Positions 52,601-62,422 of a stretch of DNA of 64,000 nt are shown here, in pieces. Location of the stretch: IMG/VR virus record IMGVR_UViG_3300045000_000081, positions 3,736-67,735 of that record; one strand, 5' to 3'. Source of the stretch: a virus. Taxonomy: Duplodnaviria; Caudoviricetes. The notes beneath the pieces are model-generated. The model was not told where the DNA came from. It did not search any database and worked only from the letters and a program-made list of their open reading frames with translations. The first letter of the stretch is position 1. Each line of letters begins with the position of its first letter. The position numbers and the translations under genes were made by a program.

Positions 52601-53665
52601 ATGTCTTTGAATCGCACAAATCTCGTTATTGTCTCGGCCCCGCTGCCTGCGGATTTTGAGGGAACTCCGCAAGAACTGGCCGAGACGATGATTGAACGAA
52701 TGGAGATTCAATCCCCCCTCGGCACAAATTTTTTTATCGTCGGTGATGTCGAACCATCAAGTGACCAAGGTCCGTGGCTTAAGAACGGCGACCGATGGTA
52801 TGTTTTCAGTCAGACGGAGGGACGATATGTTCCCCTGAACATTGACGACTCTCTCCACCTGTTCACGGTTGGCGAAACTTTTCCGGGCCAACCCGGGGTC
52901 AACGACCCCGTCCTCTTTTTACGCACGTCGGCGACACGCGGCATTGGGTGGTATGGGTGGGATGGTTCTTCATGGCGTTCTATCAACGATATACCGCCCT
53001 CTGGAACCACTGCCTTACGGCCCACGTCTCCGGTTGACCTAGAAGAGTATTGGGATACCAGCATCAATACGCTGATTCACTGGGAACGAGGTCTCTGGCG
53101 CACAGTTTCGGGGAGTCCGGGGGACATAAAGTTCGTCGCCCAAGCGTTGCTTTCGGATGCGTTGACCGCGAATCCCGGATGGATTTACCTTGGGCGGGAT
53201 GACCAGTCGGTGCGCGGAAAAGTTATCGGCATCGCGACCGAGGACGGGGTGGGGACGGAATCAGTCTTTGCCAGAGATTCAGGAATTTCGGCTCGTCCGA
53301 GTGGCAGTCAAGACGGTGCCGAGACTCATGTGCTTGCTTCTGACGAAATTGAGCAACACACGCACTTGATGGGTCATGCGACGCTCCTCAACTCGGACAA
53401 TAACATCTGGCTGCATCGGGTGGATGATGCGGAGGTATTGGTAATCCCGAGTCCGGGTCCTTACAACTACTTTGAAGTTAAGGGCGAGGGGGCAGGAAAC
53501 GGAACGAAAACCGGAACGGCGGGGGATGGAAATGCTGGCACGGGATTAGTCACGACTAAACAGTTGAGTAAGACGGACGCTCCTGCGGCCAACTATACTG
53601 AATTGGCCGTCGCTCACAACAATGTCCAGCCGACGGTCTGGTTCTGGACCTTGGTGAAGGTGTAA
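52601..53665 (+). CDS. tail fibre/collar-like protein
   Basis: PGDIKF, GAETHVL..EI..HTH, HNNVQP collar/microcystin-dependent-type motifs. Confidence 0.65.
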   Translation: MSLNRTNLVIVSAPLPADFEGTPQELAETMIERMEIQSPLGTNFFIVGDVEPSSDQGPWLKNGDRWYVFSQTEGRYVPLNIDDSLHLFTVGETFPGQPGVNDPVLFLRTSATRGIGWYGWDGSSWRSINDIPPSGTTALRPTSPVDLEEYWDTSINTLIHWERGLWRTVSGSPGDIKFVAQALLSDALTANPGWIYLGRDDQSVRGKVIGIATEDGVGTESVFARDSGISARPSGSQDGAETHVLASDEIEQHTHLMGHATLLNSDNNIWLHRVDDAEVLVIPSPGPYNYFEVKGEGAGNGTKTGTAGDGNAGTGLVTTKQLSKTDAPAANYTELAVAHNNVQPTVWFWTLVKV

Positions 53666-53666
53666 G

Positions 53667-53695
53667 TTGACATTCAAGGGTTTACACACATCTTT
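53667..53695 (+). promoter_or_regulatory. class II promoter
   Basis: TTGACA-N17-ATCTTT. Confidence 0.6.
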
Positions 53696-53698
53696 TGA

Positions 53699-54298
53699 AT
53701 GATGTCGAACTTACAAATTGAAACTCTGGATGATTTTTTGCCGGAACCGCTTGCATATCGGGAACAGGCGTTGAAAGAGAAGTTCTACGACATCCGCGGA
53801 CCGGATGGGGTGATGTATCGGAACATCAACGTGCGACCCTCTGACGAATTTGAGGGATTGCTATCGAACAAACTAGGTCGTTCGATTAGGATTAGTTACG
53901 GGCTACTGCGACGAAATTTTGAGGGGGAGCCACCAAATTTTGCGGTTCACTCGGATAATGGGTATGACCAATTCGCCGCGATTTTGTATTTGAGCCGACC
54001 CGGGGATTGTCGGGGTGGGACGGCGTTTTGGGAGCACAAGCAGTATGGGTGGACGCACTGGCCGGACGAAAAGGCGATGCGTCGGACGTGCAAGAAACCT
54101 GAAAAGATAATCGCACAGCTTCAAGCGGAAGCCAATGAACCTACGGCTTGGGAACAGACCTATCTCGCGGAGATGCGGTTTAATCGGATGATAGTCTATC
54201 CGACGAATCAGTTCCACTCTCGCTGGCCGTGGAATGCTTGGGGGAATTCTCCTGAGGATTGTCGGATGATTTGGGTTGGTTTTTTCTCGGAAGTATGA
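53699..54298 (+). CDS. 2OG-Fe(II) oxygenase-like protein (DUF6445-like)
   Basis: VHSD, ILYL, GGTAFW, FNR..YP...FHS. Confidence 0.72.
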   Translation: MMSNLQIETLDDFLPEPLAYREQALKEKFYDIRGPDGVMYRNINVRPSDEFEGLLSNKLGRSIRISYGLLRRNFEGEPPNFAVHSDNGYDQFAAILYLSRPGDCRGGTAFWEHKQYGWTHWPDEKAMRRTCKKPEKIIAQLQAEANEPTAWEQTYLAEMRFNRMIVYPTNQFHSRWPWNAWGNSPEDCRMIWVGFFSEV

Positions 54299-54690
54299 CC
54301 TCCGATGAACGAGTTAAGCGTTGGGTTAAAGACAATCCAGAGCGTCGGGCGGAACATGTTCGCAGACACTATAAGAAGAATCGCGAAAAGGTTTTGTCCT
54401 ACCATCGCGGAAGACGAACTTTGAAAAAACGATACGATGCCGTTAAGCACGCATATCGGGTTGCTCAACTGCGCGGTCTTAAGACGGGGAAGCCCTGTTC
54501 AGACTGTCGTGCGGTTCTTCCCGAGGTCTGTTTGGACTGGGACCACCTTCCGGGGCATGAGAAACAATTTTGTATTTCTCGAAGTCACGGAAGATGTTGG
54601 GAAACGGTTTTGAAGGAAATCGCGAAATGCGAATTGGTTTGTTCAAACTGTCACCGAATTCGGACTGATAAGAGAGAAAAATTGGTATGA
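54295..54690 (+). CDS. HNH endonuclease
   Basis: CSDC, LDWDH, EIAKCELVCSNCHRIRT. Confidence 0.88.
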   Translation: MTSDERVKRWVKDNPERRAEHVRRHYKKNREKVLSYHRGRRTLKKRYDAVKHAYRVAQLRGLKTGKPCSDCRAVLPEVCLDWDHLPGHEKQFCISRSHGRCWETVLKEIAKCELVCSNCHRIRTDKREKLV

Positions 54691-55130
54691 TTGACGAACT
54701 GGACCTTGATACGTTGCCGCAGATTATTCCCATTGGGGAAGCGTTCGCGAAAGAGGCGAACTATCCGGGCGGGTGGAGTTGGCCAGATTTCGCGAGAATG
54801 TGGGTCTCGCTTCTCAATGGCGGTCTGGGAAAAATTTTCGTCTCCACAGACGGCGGACAACTGGGGGGCGCACTGGGAGCGGTTTTCACTCCTGACCCGT
54901 ATTCAGGTCAGATGACCGCCGTCGAACAATTTTGGTATGTTTTACCGGAGCATCGGAAGACGCGCGCCGGAATGGAATTGTTTCAGGCTTTTCAAGTGGA
55001 AGCCAAGAAAAGACAGGCGAGAAAAATCGTGATGGTGCATCTGGCGTCATTGACGCCGGAAAGTCTTCAGAAGTTCTACGAGAAAGAGGGATTCCGCCTC
55101 GCGGAACAGACCTTTTGGAAAATACTTTGA
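54687..55130 (+). CDS. GNAT family acetyltransferase
   Basis: EQFWYVLPEHRKTRAG..L, FYEKEGF. Confidence 0.85.
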   Translation: MIDELDLDTLPQIIPIGEAFAKEANYPGGWSWPDFARMWVSLLNGGLGKIFVSTDGGQLGGALGAVFTPDPYSGQMTAVEQFWYVLPEHRKTRAGMELFQAFQVEAKKRQARKIVMVHLASLTPESLQKFYEKEGFRLAEQTFWKIL

Positions 55131-55183
55131 GAACGTCGGAAAAAAGAGGGGAGTGAGTTACCTATATCGGAATTATCACAGCT

Positions 55184-56155
55184 TTGGTAATCGCGGGAGT
55201 TGCAGCAGCCGGAGCCGCGGGGGCGGCGTATGCCAAGAAGAAGGCGGCAGATAAATCGGCTCACGCGCAGAAGAACGCCCTGAAAGGTCAGAAGAAAATT
55301 CTTCAGGAAGAATTGTCTTTTGACCGTATCAATCAGGCGGCGACCGATGCAGACCGGCTTCGGGCGGAGAATCGTCTTGCCCTTCAGAAAGAGGTGGACC
55401 CAGAACTGGCACAACTGCGCCAATTGGGAAAAGAGAAGCTTTTGGCGGAGTCGCAGCGTCCGAATGAAAGCCTTCAGGGCACTCAAATTGCCAACGCTTT
55501 ATTTAAGGAAAATGCGGTGGAAGACCCGCGTTTGGAAGCCCTCAAGAGTTCGATTATTAACCGGGCGCAAGAGGAGATTGCGGCGGGTTCGACGTTGCCT
55601 CCGTCTTTTCAGGCAGAACTTGTGCGTGCCGGGGTGCAACAGGGCTCGCAGGCGGGGTTTAAGACCGACGCCAAAACCGTTGGCGGAACTATTGCGCGCG
55701 CATTAGGTATCGGCGGGGAGCAACTCAAGGTTGCGCGGGAAAATCAGGCAGTAAATCTCGCTGGGGCCGCAACCAACTTGGACCAGTCGCGCGCTCAAAT
55801 TCTTAGCAGCATTTTTCCGACAATTGCGGCATCGGAACAGACGCGGCGACAAAATGCCGCCTCAGAGTTTGGTGTCGGCGAAGCGACTTTGCCGGAATCG
55901 GGTCTCACCGGTCGTGAGGCGGCGAACATTCAGCAGAATCGGGGAAATACACTTCTCAAAATTCGCGGTCAACGGGGACAAATCTCTGCACAACAGGCGG
56001 CGGCTCAGGGAGAGGCGACCGCAGCTTACATCGGTGCGGGTGCATCATTTGCGACTTCCGCCTTAGGCGGATTTGGGGGCGGGGGAGGGGCCGGCGGAGC
56101 CGGGGGAATGTTGGGGATGGTAAAAGGGGGAACAGGTGGAACGGGCGGAGCGTAA
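55184..56155 (+). CDS. internal virion/ejection protein (small)
   Basis: Ala/Gly-rich hydrophobic N-terminus, Gln-rich body, Gly-rich C-terminus; start codon uncertain. Confidence 0.7.
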   Translation: MVIAGVAAAGAAGAAYAKKKAADKSAHAQKNALKGQKKILQEELSFDRINQAATDADRLRAENRLALQKEVDPELAQLRQLGKEKLLAESQRPNESLQGTQIANALFKENAVEDPRLEALKSSIINRAQEEIAAGSTLPPSFQAELVRAGVQQGSQAGFKTDAKTVGGTIARALGIGGEQLKVARENQAVNLAGAATNLDQSRAQILSSIFPTIAASEQTRRQNAASEFGVGEATLPESGLTGREAANIQQNRGNTLLKIRGQRGQISAQQAAAQGEATAAYIGAGASFATSALGGFGGGGGAGGAGGMLGMVKGGTGGTGGA

Positions 56156-56197
56156 CACTTGAATAGTTTTTATACACACCGCTTACACTAATTTTTT

Positions 56198-57469
56198 ATG
56201 CCCGGGATAGCCGACTCTCCAAACTCATTTCAGATTCAACCCAGTGGGAATTCGATTTCGCAGGACGTGAACATCACCCCCGCCGTCGGGGATTTTATGA
56301 AAGCCTTTCGCGAGGGTTTCATTACCACCGAGGACATCACCAAGCGGGCAAAGGATAAACCATTAGAAGACGCACAGCGCCAGCAGGCTCTTCAGGACAC
56401 CAACACGATTCGTCCGAAGCAGCGAGAGCTTGCATCCAAACAACTTGATGTTCAGTCGTCGCAGGCGGACACTCTCGCACAGATTCAACCGCTTCTTTCG
56501 GAAGCCGGAATCAAACAAGCCCAACAGCAGCTTGAGAACGTCCGGGGTCACGGCAACCCCGAGGCGATTGCGGATTTGCATCGTAAGTATGCTCTCCCGC
56601 TTCTCGGCAAGCAGGTGCCGTATGATTCGGCAACCGGCCAACTCAATACCGAGGAAGCGTTGAACGATGTGCAGAAGGCGACGGAACTCGCTCGCGCGTA
56701 TCAACTACGTCAATTCGCAATGGAGCACGCCAAGCCTCAGACCACTACGACTACTGACAAGACGGGGCGGAAAACGGTCACAGAACAATATGTCGTTCCG
56801 GGCACCAATGCGAAGCTCACCGAACCCCGTGTTGCAGAGACGACCGAACCCAATCAACCGGAAGCGGTGAAGAGTTTTCGTCAGGGTCTTGAGTCGGACT
56901 CGGTTCTCAAGCCCATCAAAGAGGCTCAGACCTTTTTGGCGACGGCGAAGGGGGTGCTTAATACTCCCCCGGAGAAAATCACGAACGCGGAAGACCAGCT
57001 TCTTGTTGAGTCGCTGATTAAACTCACCGACCCGGCGGGCGTTATTCGTCAATCCAAAGTTGAATATCTGAACGAGATGACCCCGGTATGGCAGACGGCT
57101 ATCAAACGGTTGGCGCATCTCACCTCGAATCAGAACACGGTGCTTTCTCCACAGGACCGTTCCCAGATTGCTCGCGCGGTTAACCGTCTTGAAGAGGGTT
57201 ACGGAAAAGCAGCCCAGCCGCGGCTTCAGCTTTTTGCCAAGCAGGCGGCAGAACAAAATCTCACGCCGGACCAAATTTTTGACACCGAGGAACTCGGGAT
57301 GCTTAACAAGCAGCACGCGATTCCATCGGCGGTTCCCGTAGCGACTCCGGCGGCGGGAGAAATTCCCACGGTGACGCATCCTGATGAGGCTCCTCCTACG
57401 GCGAAGTTTTTTAAGTCCCCGGATGGCCGGACGTTCATAAATCCGAAATATACGGGTTCTACCCCGTAA
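56198..57469 (+). CDS. internal virion/ejection protein (medium)
   Basis: Helical Gln-rich protein, second of the three ejection-type genes. Confidence 0.65.
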   Translation: MPGIADSPNSFQIQPSGNSISQDVNITPAVGDFMKAFREGFITTEDITKRAKDKPLEDAQRQQALQDTNTIRPKQRELASKQLDVQSSQADTLAQIQPLLSEAGIKQAQQQLENVRGHGNPEAIADLHRKYALPLLGKQVPYDSATGQLNTEEALNDVQKATELARAYQLRQFAMEHAKPQTTTTTDKTGRKTVTEQYVVPGTNAKLTEPRVAETTEPNQPEAVKSFRQGLESDSVLKPIKEAQTFLATAKGVLNTPPEKITNAEDQLLVESLIKLTDPAGVIRQSKVEYLNEMTPVWQTAIKRLAHLTSNQNTVLSPQDRSQIARAVNRLEEGYGKAAQPRLQLFAKQAAEQNLTPDQIFDTEELGMLNKQHAIPSAVPVATPAAGEIPTVTHPDEAPPTAKFFKSPDGRTFINPKYTGSTP

Positions 57470-57473
57470 TCCT

Positions 57474-60400
57474 ATGGCTGACTCGTTCACAGACACAGAA
57501 ACGGCGGCTCCGTCGGTCAACCCGACGGACTTTCTCGTGCCCGGTTCTGGTGCTCCTATTTCTACGCTTAAGCCCATTGACCCCAATGCGAAGTTGAAAC
57601 TCGCGGCGGCGGACCCGTTTGCGGGCCTTCAAGAAGTGAAGTCCAACGACCCCTTTTCCGGGTTGCAAGAGGTGAAGTCAAATGATGCGTTTGCGGGTTT
57701 GAAGGAGGCCGATTCACTCGACGTGAAGGACGTTCCTACACTGGTGAATGATGATACTTTTCGTCCGGCAGATTATCTCGCGTCCAACCCAAATTTACGA
57801 ACGGATGCTGCGAAGAGCAAGAAGCTCATAGACGTTTACCGCGCTCGTCAAATTCGCGGGCTAGAAGCAGGCAAGGTTGCGAAGGCGGCAGTAAAAGAGG
57901 CTCCGGGTATTATCGCCAAAACGGCGAAGGGTGTGCGTGACCTCGCCTCTCGTGCAATTGAACTCGGGATTCAACCTGCCGCTACGTCGGCGTTGGCCAC
58001 TTTAACGGGGGCAACTCCGGAAGAAAAAGCCGCCATCATGGCGGAACAGGGGAAGGAACAGCTTAAGGCCGCAGGCGAAGTCACGGCGGGAACAGAATCC
58101 GCGGTCACGGGTCTCGCACAACTCGGGCAGCAGGGGATGCGAAAGCTTTTTGGTAAATCTCCGAGCAAAATGTCTGATTTGGAATTATTGGACCAGCTTT
58201 ATCTTGACTCAGAATTTTCCAAGACGACCAAGGAAGTCGCGGAGGGTCGTGGAGACGTGGCGAAAGCTGCCGGGCTGGACGCAGAAACGCTTGCGAAAAA
58301 CGGCGTGACTCTCAATAAAGATGCCATTGAAAATCTTTCGTTGGTTGACCCGCTGACTCTTGTAGCTACTGCGGGAGCTTTTAAGGTAGTAGGTTTGGGA
58401 GGTCGAGTGATTGCTACGGCAGCGACCAAGGCGGGGGCGCAGGCTGTCATAAAGGGCTTGACCAAGATTGCGGCGACCATCGGGGCGGCGGGGGTAAAAA
58501 CGGCGGGTCAAACTGTCGAAGCTCTTGGTAAAACTGGACAGGCATTTGCGGAACGAATTCCTGCGAAGTCAATCGGGTTTGTGCTGGGGGCCACAAAAGG
58601 GGGTTCGCTACATGCCGGGGCAATCGGAGCCGCCGCTGGGGAAGCCGCAAAGCGTATTGGATATGAAACTGCCGGGGCAGTATCGAAACAGGGAGCGCGG
58701 GTTGCCGAGTTGGGAAGCCAACTCAATCCAAGTTTTATTGGTCCCCGGTCTGCGGGATTGACCCGGCTGGCGGGTCTTCCGTCCACGACCGCCGGACAAG
58801 TTGCTACCAGTGTCGCTAAAGGCGCAGTTCAAGGGGCGGTCACGGCCCTACCGCTCGCCGCAGCGGCAGACGAAAGTCAGACCGCAGGCGCACTTCTTGG
58901 GGGCGGCGCGGCGCTGGGGGCAATCCACGGCGCGGTCACGGGGGGTAAAGCCGCCGTTGCCGAGACTGTTGCGAAGAATTATCTTGACCCGCATAACATT
59001 CCGTTTGAGCCGACGAACTCTCCGGCCTACGGAAAGACCGCTGTGTTTGACCAGACCCACGAGTCGGCGATTAAAACTCTCCCGGAGAATGAACAAAATG
59101 CCATCAATACCTTTCGAGAGGGTGTGCGCCCGGGTGGAGGAGAAATTTACGTTCAAGACAAGGGAGCTTATCTTGAGCGTATCCGGGAGAGCCTTCAACG
59201 CGAGAATGGCGGACAACCGCTCACTCCCGAACAGGAATCGCAGGCGAAACTTTACGCAGATACGCACGCTTTTTTCGATGGGATGATTCCTGACGCGAAT
59301 GGAGAAGCTCGACGGGTGGTATTTCTCAATGGCGATTCGACAGGACTACCGCACGATGCGGGGCATCTTTTCCAAGCGATGCTTTCTCCCGACGAACAGA
59401 CCTCGCTTCGTAAATCCGTTTTTGATTCCTATTCTCCAGAATATCGGGAGGCATTCAAAAAGGAATACGCACGTCGGATTGGCGAACCAGATTATTTTTC
59501 CAAGCTGGGGGACCAAGCGGACGCCAAGGCGGCGGATGAACTCATTGCCGAGAATTTCAGCCAACTTTTTCAGAACCAAACACTAGGGAACCTCTCCGCT
59601 CCCCCGTCGTTCCTGAAGAAACTTGCAAACACTGCGGTCAAGGCCGGTGAAGCTCTTGGATTTGACCTCACGGCGGGCCGCACGACCGCCGATTTGGGTG
59701 TGAAACCTTCGTTCCGGCTTCAAGACCTTCTCCGCAATGCGGCGCAGGATGTCTTGACCCGCGAACCCAAAACTCCGAAGTCCCCTCTTGAACCCGCGAA
59801 GTTGAAGATGGTGCAACCGGAGGAGGTTGCGACGCCCGGAGTGGTGACTCCTGAATTAGTTCAACCGGTTGTTCCGAAAGAGGTGACTCCATCGGCGAAG
59901 CCCGTGGAGATTCCCTCTCCAACGGCGAAGAACATTCGTGTTGAGCGAACCGCGCAATCAGACTTTGCATCGAAGCGTGCTGAAGAAACCGGGATTGCCG
60001 AGGCTCAGAAACTTACCGAAGGCACGCCGGAAGTTCGCAAGGTGGTGGATGATATTTCTGCCAGCATGGAAGCTGGGAATCCTGTTCTCGAAATCGAACA
60101 TCGCGGTATTGTTAGTGAGCGTGGACCCGCGAATCCCGAGGGTCGGACATCTCGTCGGGGCACCCAAGAAGCGGGTTATCAGGAACTCGAAAAATTGCAG
60201 ATTGAGAACCGCGCGGAAGCCCCGGCAGATATTGTTGATTTGCATCAGAAGACTTTTGTTCCCGTGCGTTTCACTACGCAGGGTGGAAAGCCAATTCTTA
60301 TTGCCATGTCGCTCGACAAGGTGATTGCGAATGTTCGTCGGGTGGTAAAAGACGCCGCGTCCAAATCTGCCGAATCATTACTTCCTTATCCGGTGGAGAA

Positions 60401-62420
60401 TGGAAAACTTACGGAAGCTGGATGGAAACAAGCGATTGCCGATGTGCAATCATATGCCGAGAATCAGTCGAATGGTTATCGCGGAGATGGGCAGAAGCTC
60501 ACTCGCCCGACAGAAGACACCGGGGTTTCGATTCCGGCGGAGAATCCTAACTACGCGCCGAAACCCTTGAGTGAAGCGGCGATGAACTTTGCTAATCTCG
60601 TGCAGGGTCTCAACCCGCCCGAGACCGGTCGAGTGCAAAAAGGATTAACTCCGGGAAATGTAAAGGGACAGCTTCTCGCGGAAGTCAACAAGAAGCAGCC
60701 GCTCACGCCATCCGTCATTACCCCGGAGAACGTGACGAAGCAGGCGTTCAAGGGATTTGAACCTCGCACGGTAAAGGAGACCAACCCACTACGCAACGAA
60801 CTTGCGGCACGGGGAGTTAAGGTTCGCGAATTACACGAAGTTACCGAGAGGCTGGCGGTAAATGACATTGTTAGCGTCAAGCCGCGCCCCGACATCAATT
60901 TCAAAGCCCCCGTCACTGACCTTATTCGCGGCGGGTTTTTGCCGGGGGAGTCCGTGGACGTAGCACAATTGGGAAGAGAGAAATCTATATCCAAAGTCGG
61001 ACCAAAGATTCTGGAGATGAGCCCGGAGGATTGGATTAAAATTACCAGAAGTTGGGAGGGCGGTCTCACGAATGAGGCATACCGTCTCGGGCTTGGTCTC
61101 ACGGATATCGCCGACGTGAAGCGACTCGCGGATTTGCGAGACCAAGCGACCAACAATTTCCGAACTCAGATGCGGGCCGGAGAATCCGCAGCGGCGAGTT
61201 CCTTCGCATCGAAGGCCCAGTTTTTTTCTGAAGCATACGGCGCGGCGACGGACACCGGAAGCGCGGCTAATCCTAAAGTCGGATGGCGAAGCCGACTTCC
61301 TGATGCGAAGTCTCCGTTTCCCGAGACCACGTTCTCACCCGTCGCCGAGAAGAAACTCGACGCAATGCGTCCCGACCGGCTGTTTCTTCCGGCAAACGAA
61401 ATTAAGGACAGCCTCGACCCCATCAAACGCGCCGCGATTCGGACCAAGGGAGGTCAAGTCTATGAAGGCTCGTGGCACGGCGAAGCCTATACCAATTTTT
61501 CGGACGCCATCGCTCGTGGAGAAAGCAAAGAGGCGCTTCCAAAAGGATTTACGAGCCTGACAGATTTGCTCGACGCGGTCATTGAGGGCCGGGAGGATGC
61601 CGTTGGATTTGTGGAAGACGGATTTGTGACCGAATCCGGGAAGTTTTTGAATCGTGCTCAGTCCCTTGACCACGCGGAAAAGATTGGCCAGATGAAGGCA
61701 TCGGTGAACCCGAAGGACGTTTCTGCGGCGGGTGTTTTGGAGTCTCACGAATTTGATAGCCGCCGGGATTTCCTGCCAAAAAAAAGCAATGTTGAATTGT
61801 CTGACGTTCAGAAACGCGACGAACAGAGCCGTCTCACTAGAGGCGGTCTCGTCGATTATGAAAAACTTTATGCCGAAAAGAGCGCGGCGTCCAAGAAGCA
61901 AGAAGCGGCAGATTTTAAGTCTCTTGAAGGCAAGTATAAGATGCCGGAGAACGCAACCAAGCCCAGCCCGGCGACCGGATGGATTTTGCCAAATCAAGAA
62001 TTCGTTCCGCTTGACGCGGCGTATCACGAACAATTTTTGGCGAGTAACAGTGCTGACCTAAATAAGCGATTCGGAACGGAACTCGGGGATACTCCCGACG
62101 TTCAAGAACGGCTCGGCGCACTCAATAAGGGATTCGTCCGGGTTCGTTATACCCCCAACAACGGAAGTTTTGGAGTGGAACTCGCTGCCTCGAATTGGAA
62201 ACCGTCCACCAAGCGGGCCATCATTAAACAGATTGAAGCGGCAACCGGTTCCATTGACCAATTAAATGTCACGTTACTTTCTCCCGAGGGTCGGGTGATG
62301 GATTCCGTTCACGAGAAATTTGCTGAATTAGACGACGCCGAGAAATTGCCCGCCGCGATTGACGCTCTTTCGACCTTGCGCGGCGTCACAATGGAGATTA
62401 AATCTCGGATACCCTTTTGA
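57474..62420 (+). CDS. large internal virion/polyvalent protein (1648 aa)
   Basis: DPF repeats, Ala/Gly membrane-like region, zincin-like HDAGH, modular C-terminus. Confidence 0.75.
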   Translation: MADSFTDTETAAPSVNPTDFLVPGSGAPISTLKPIDPNAKLKLAAADPFAGLQEVKSNDPFSGLQEVKSNDAFAGLKEADSLDVKDVPTLVNDDTFRPADYLASNPNLRTDAAKSKKLIDVYRARQIRGLEAGKVAKAAVKEAPGIIAKTAKGVRDLASRAIELGIQPAATSALATLTGATPEEKAAIMAEQGKEQLKAAGEVTAGTESAVTGLAQLGQQGMRKLFGKSPSKMSDLELLDQLYLDSEFSKTTKEVAEGRGDVAKAAGLDAETLAKNGVTLNKDAIENLSLVDPLTLVATAGAFKVVGLGGRVIATAATKAGAQAVIKGLTKIAATIGAAGVKTAGQTVEALGKTGQAFAERIPAKSIGFVLGATKGGSLHAGAIGAAAGEAAKRIGYETAGAVSKQGARVAELGSQLNPSFIGPRSAGLTRLAGLPSTTAGQVATSVAKGAVQGAVTALPLAAAADESQTAGALLGGGAALGAIHGAVTGGKAAVAETVAKNYLDPHNIPFEPTNSPAYGKTAVFDQTHESAIKTLPENEQNAINTFREGVRPGGGEIYVQDKGAYLERIRESLQRENGGQPLTPEQESQAKLYADTHAFFDGMIPDANGEARRVVFLNGDSTGLPHDAGHLFQAMLSPDEQTSLRKSVFDSYSPEYREAFKKEYARRIGEPDYFSKLGDQADAKAADELIAENFSQLFQNQTLGNLSAPPSFLKKLANTAVKAGEALGFDLTAGRTTADLGVKPSFRLQDLLRNAAQDVLTREPKTPKSPLEPAKLKMVQPEEVATPGVVTPELVQPVVPKEVTPSAKPVEIPSPTAKNIRVERTAQSDFASKRAEETGIAEAQKLTEGTPEVRKVVDDISASMEAGNPVLEIEHRGIVSERGPANPEGRTSRRGTQEAGYQELEKLQIENRAEAPADIVDLHQKTFVPVRFTTQGGKPILIAMSLDKVIANVRRVVKDAASKSAESLLPYPVENGKLTEAGWKQAIADVQSYAENQSNGYRGDGQKLTRPTEDTGVSIPAENPNYAPKPLSEAAMNFANLVQGLNPPETGRVQKGLTPGNVKGQLLAEVNKKQPLTPSVITPENVTKQAFKGFEPRTVKETNPLRNELAARGVKVRELHEVTERLAVNDIVSVKPRPDINFKAPVTDLIRGGFLPGESVDVAQLGREKSISKVGPKILEMSPEDWIKITRSWEGGLTNEAYRLGLGLTDIADVKRLADLRDQATNNFRTQMRAGESAAASSFASKAQFFSEAYGAATDTGSAANPKVGWRSRLPDAKSPFPETTFSPVAEKKLDAMRPDRLFLPANEIKDSLDPIKRAAIRTKGGQVYEGSWHGEAYTNFSDAIARGESKEALPKGFTSLTDLLDAVIEGREDAVGFVEDGFVTESGKFLNRAQSLDHAEKIGQMKASVNPKDVSAAGVLESHEFDSRRDFLPKKSNVELSDVQKRDEQSRLTRGGLVDYEKLYAEKSAASKKQEAADFKSLEGKYKMPENATKPSPATGWILPNQEFVPLDAAYHEQFLASNSADLNKRFGTELGDTPDVQERLGALNKGFVRVRYTPNNGSFGVELAASNWKPSTKRAIIKQIEAATGSIDQLNVTLLSPEGRVMDSVHEKFAELDDAEKLPAAIDALSTLRGVTMEIKSRIPF

Positions 62421-62422
62421 CC

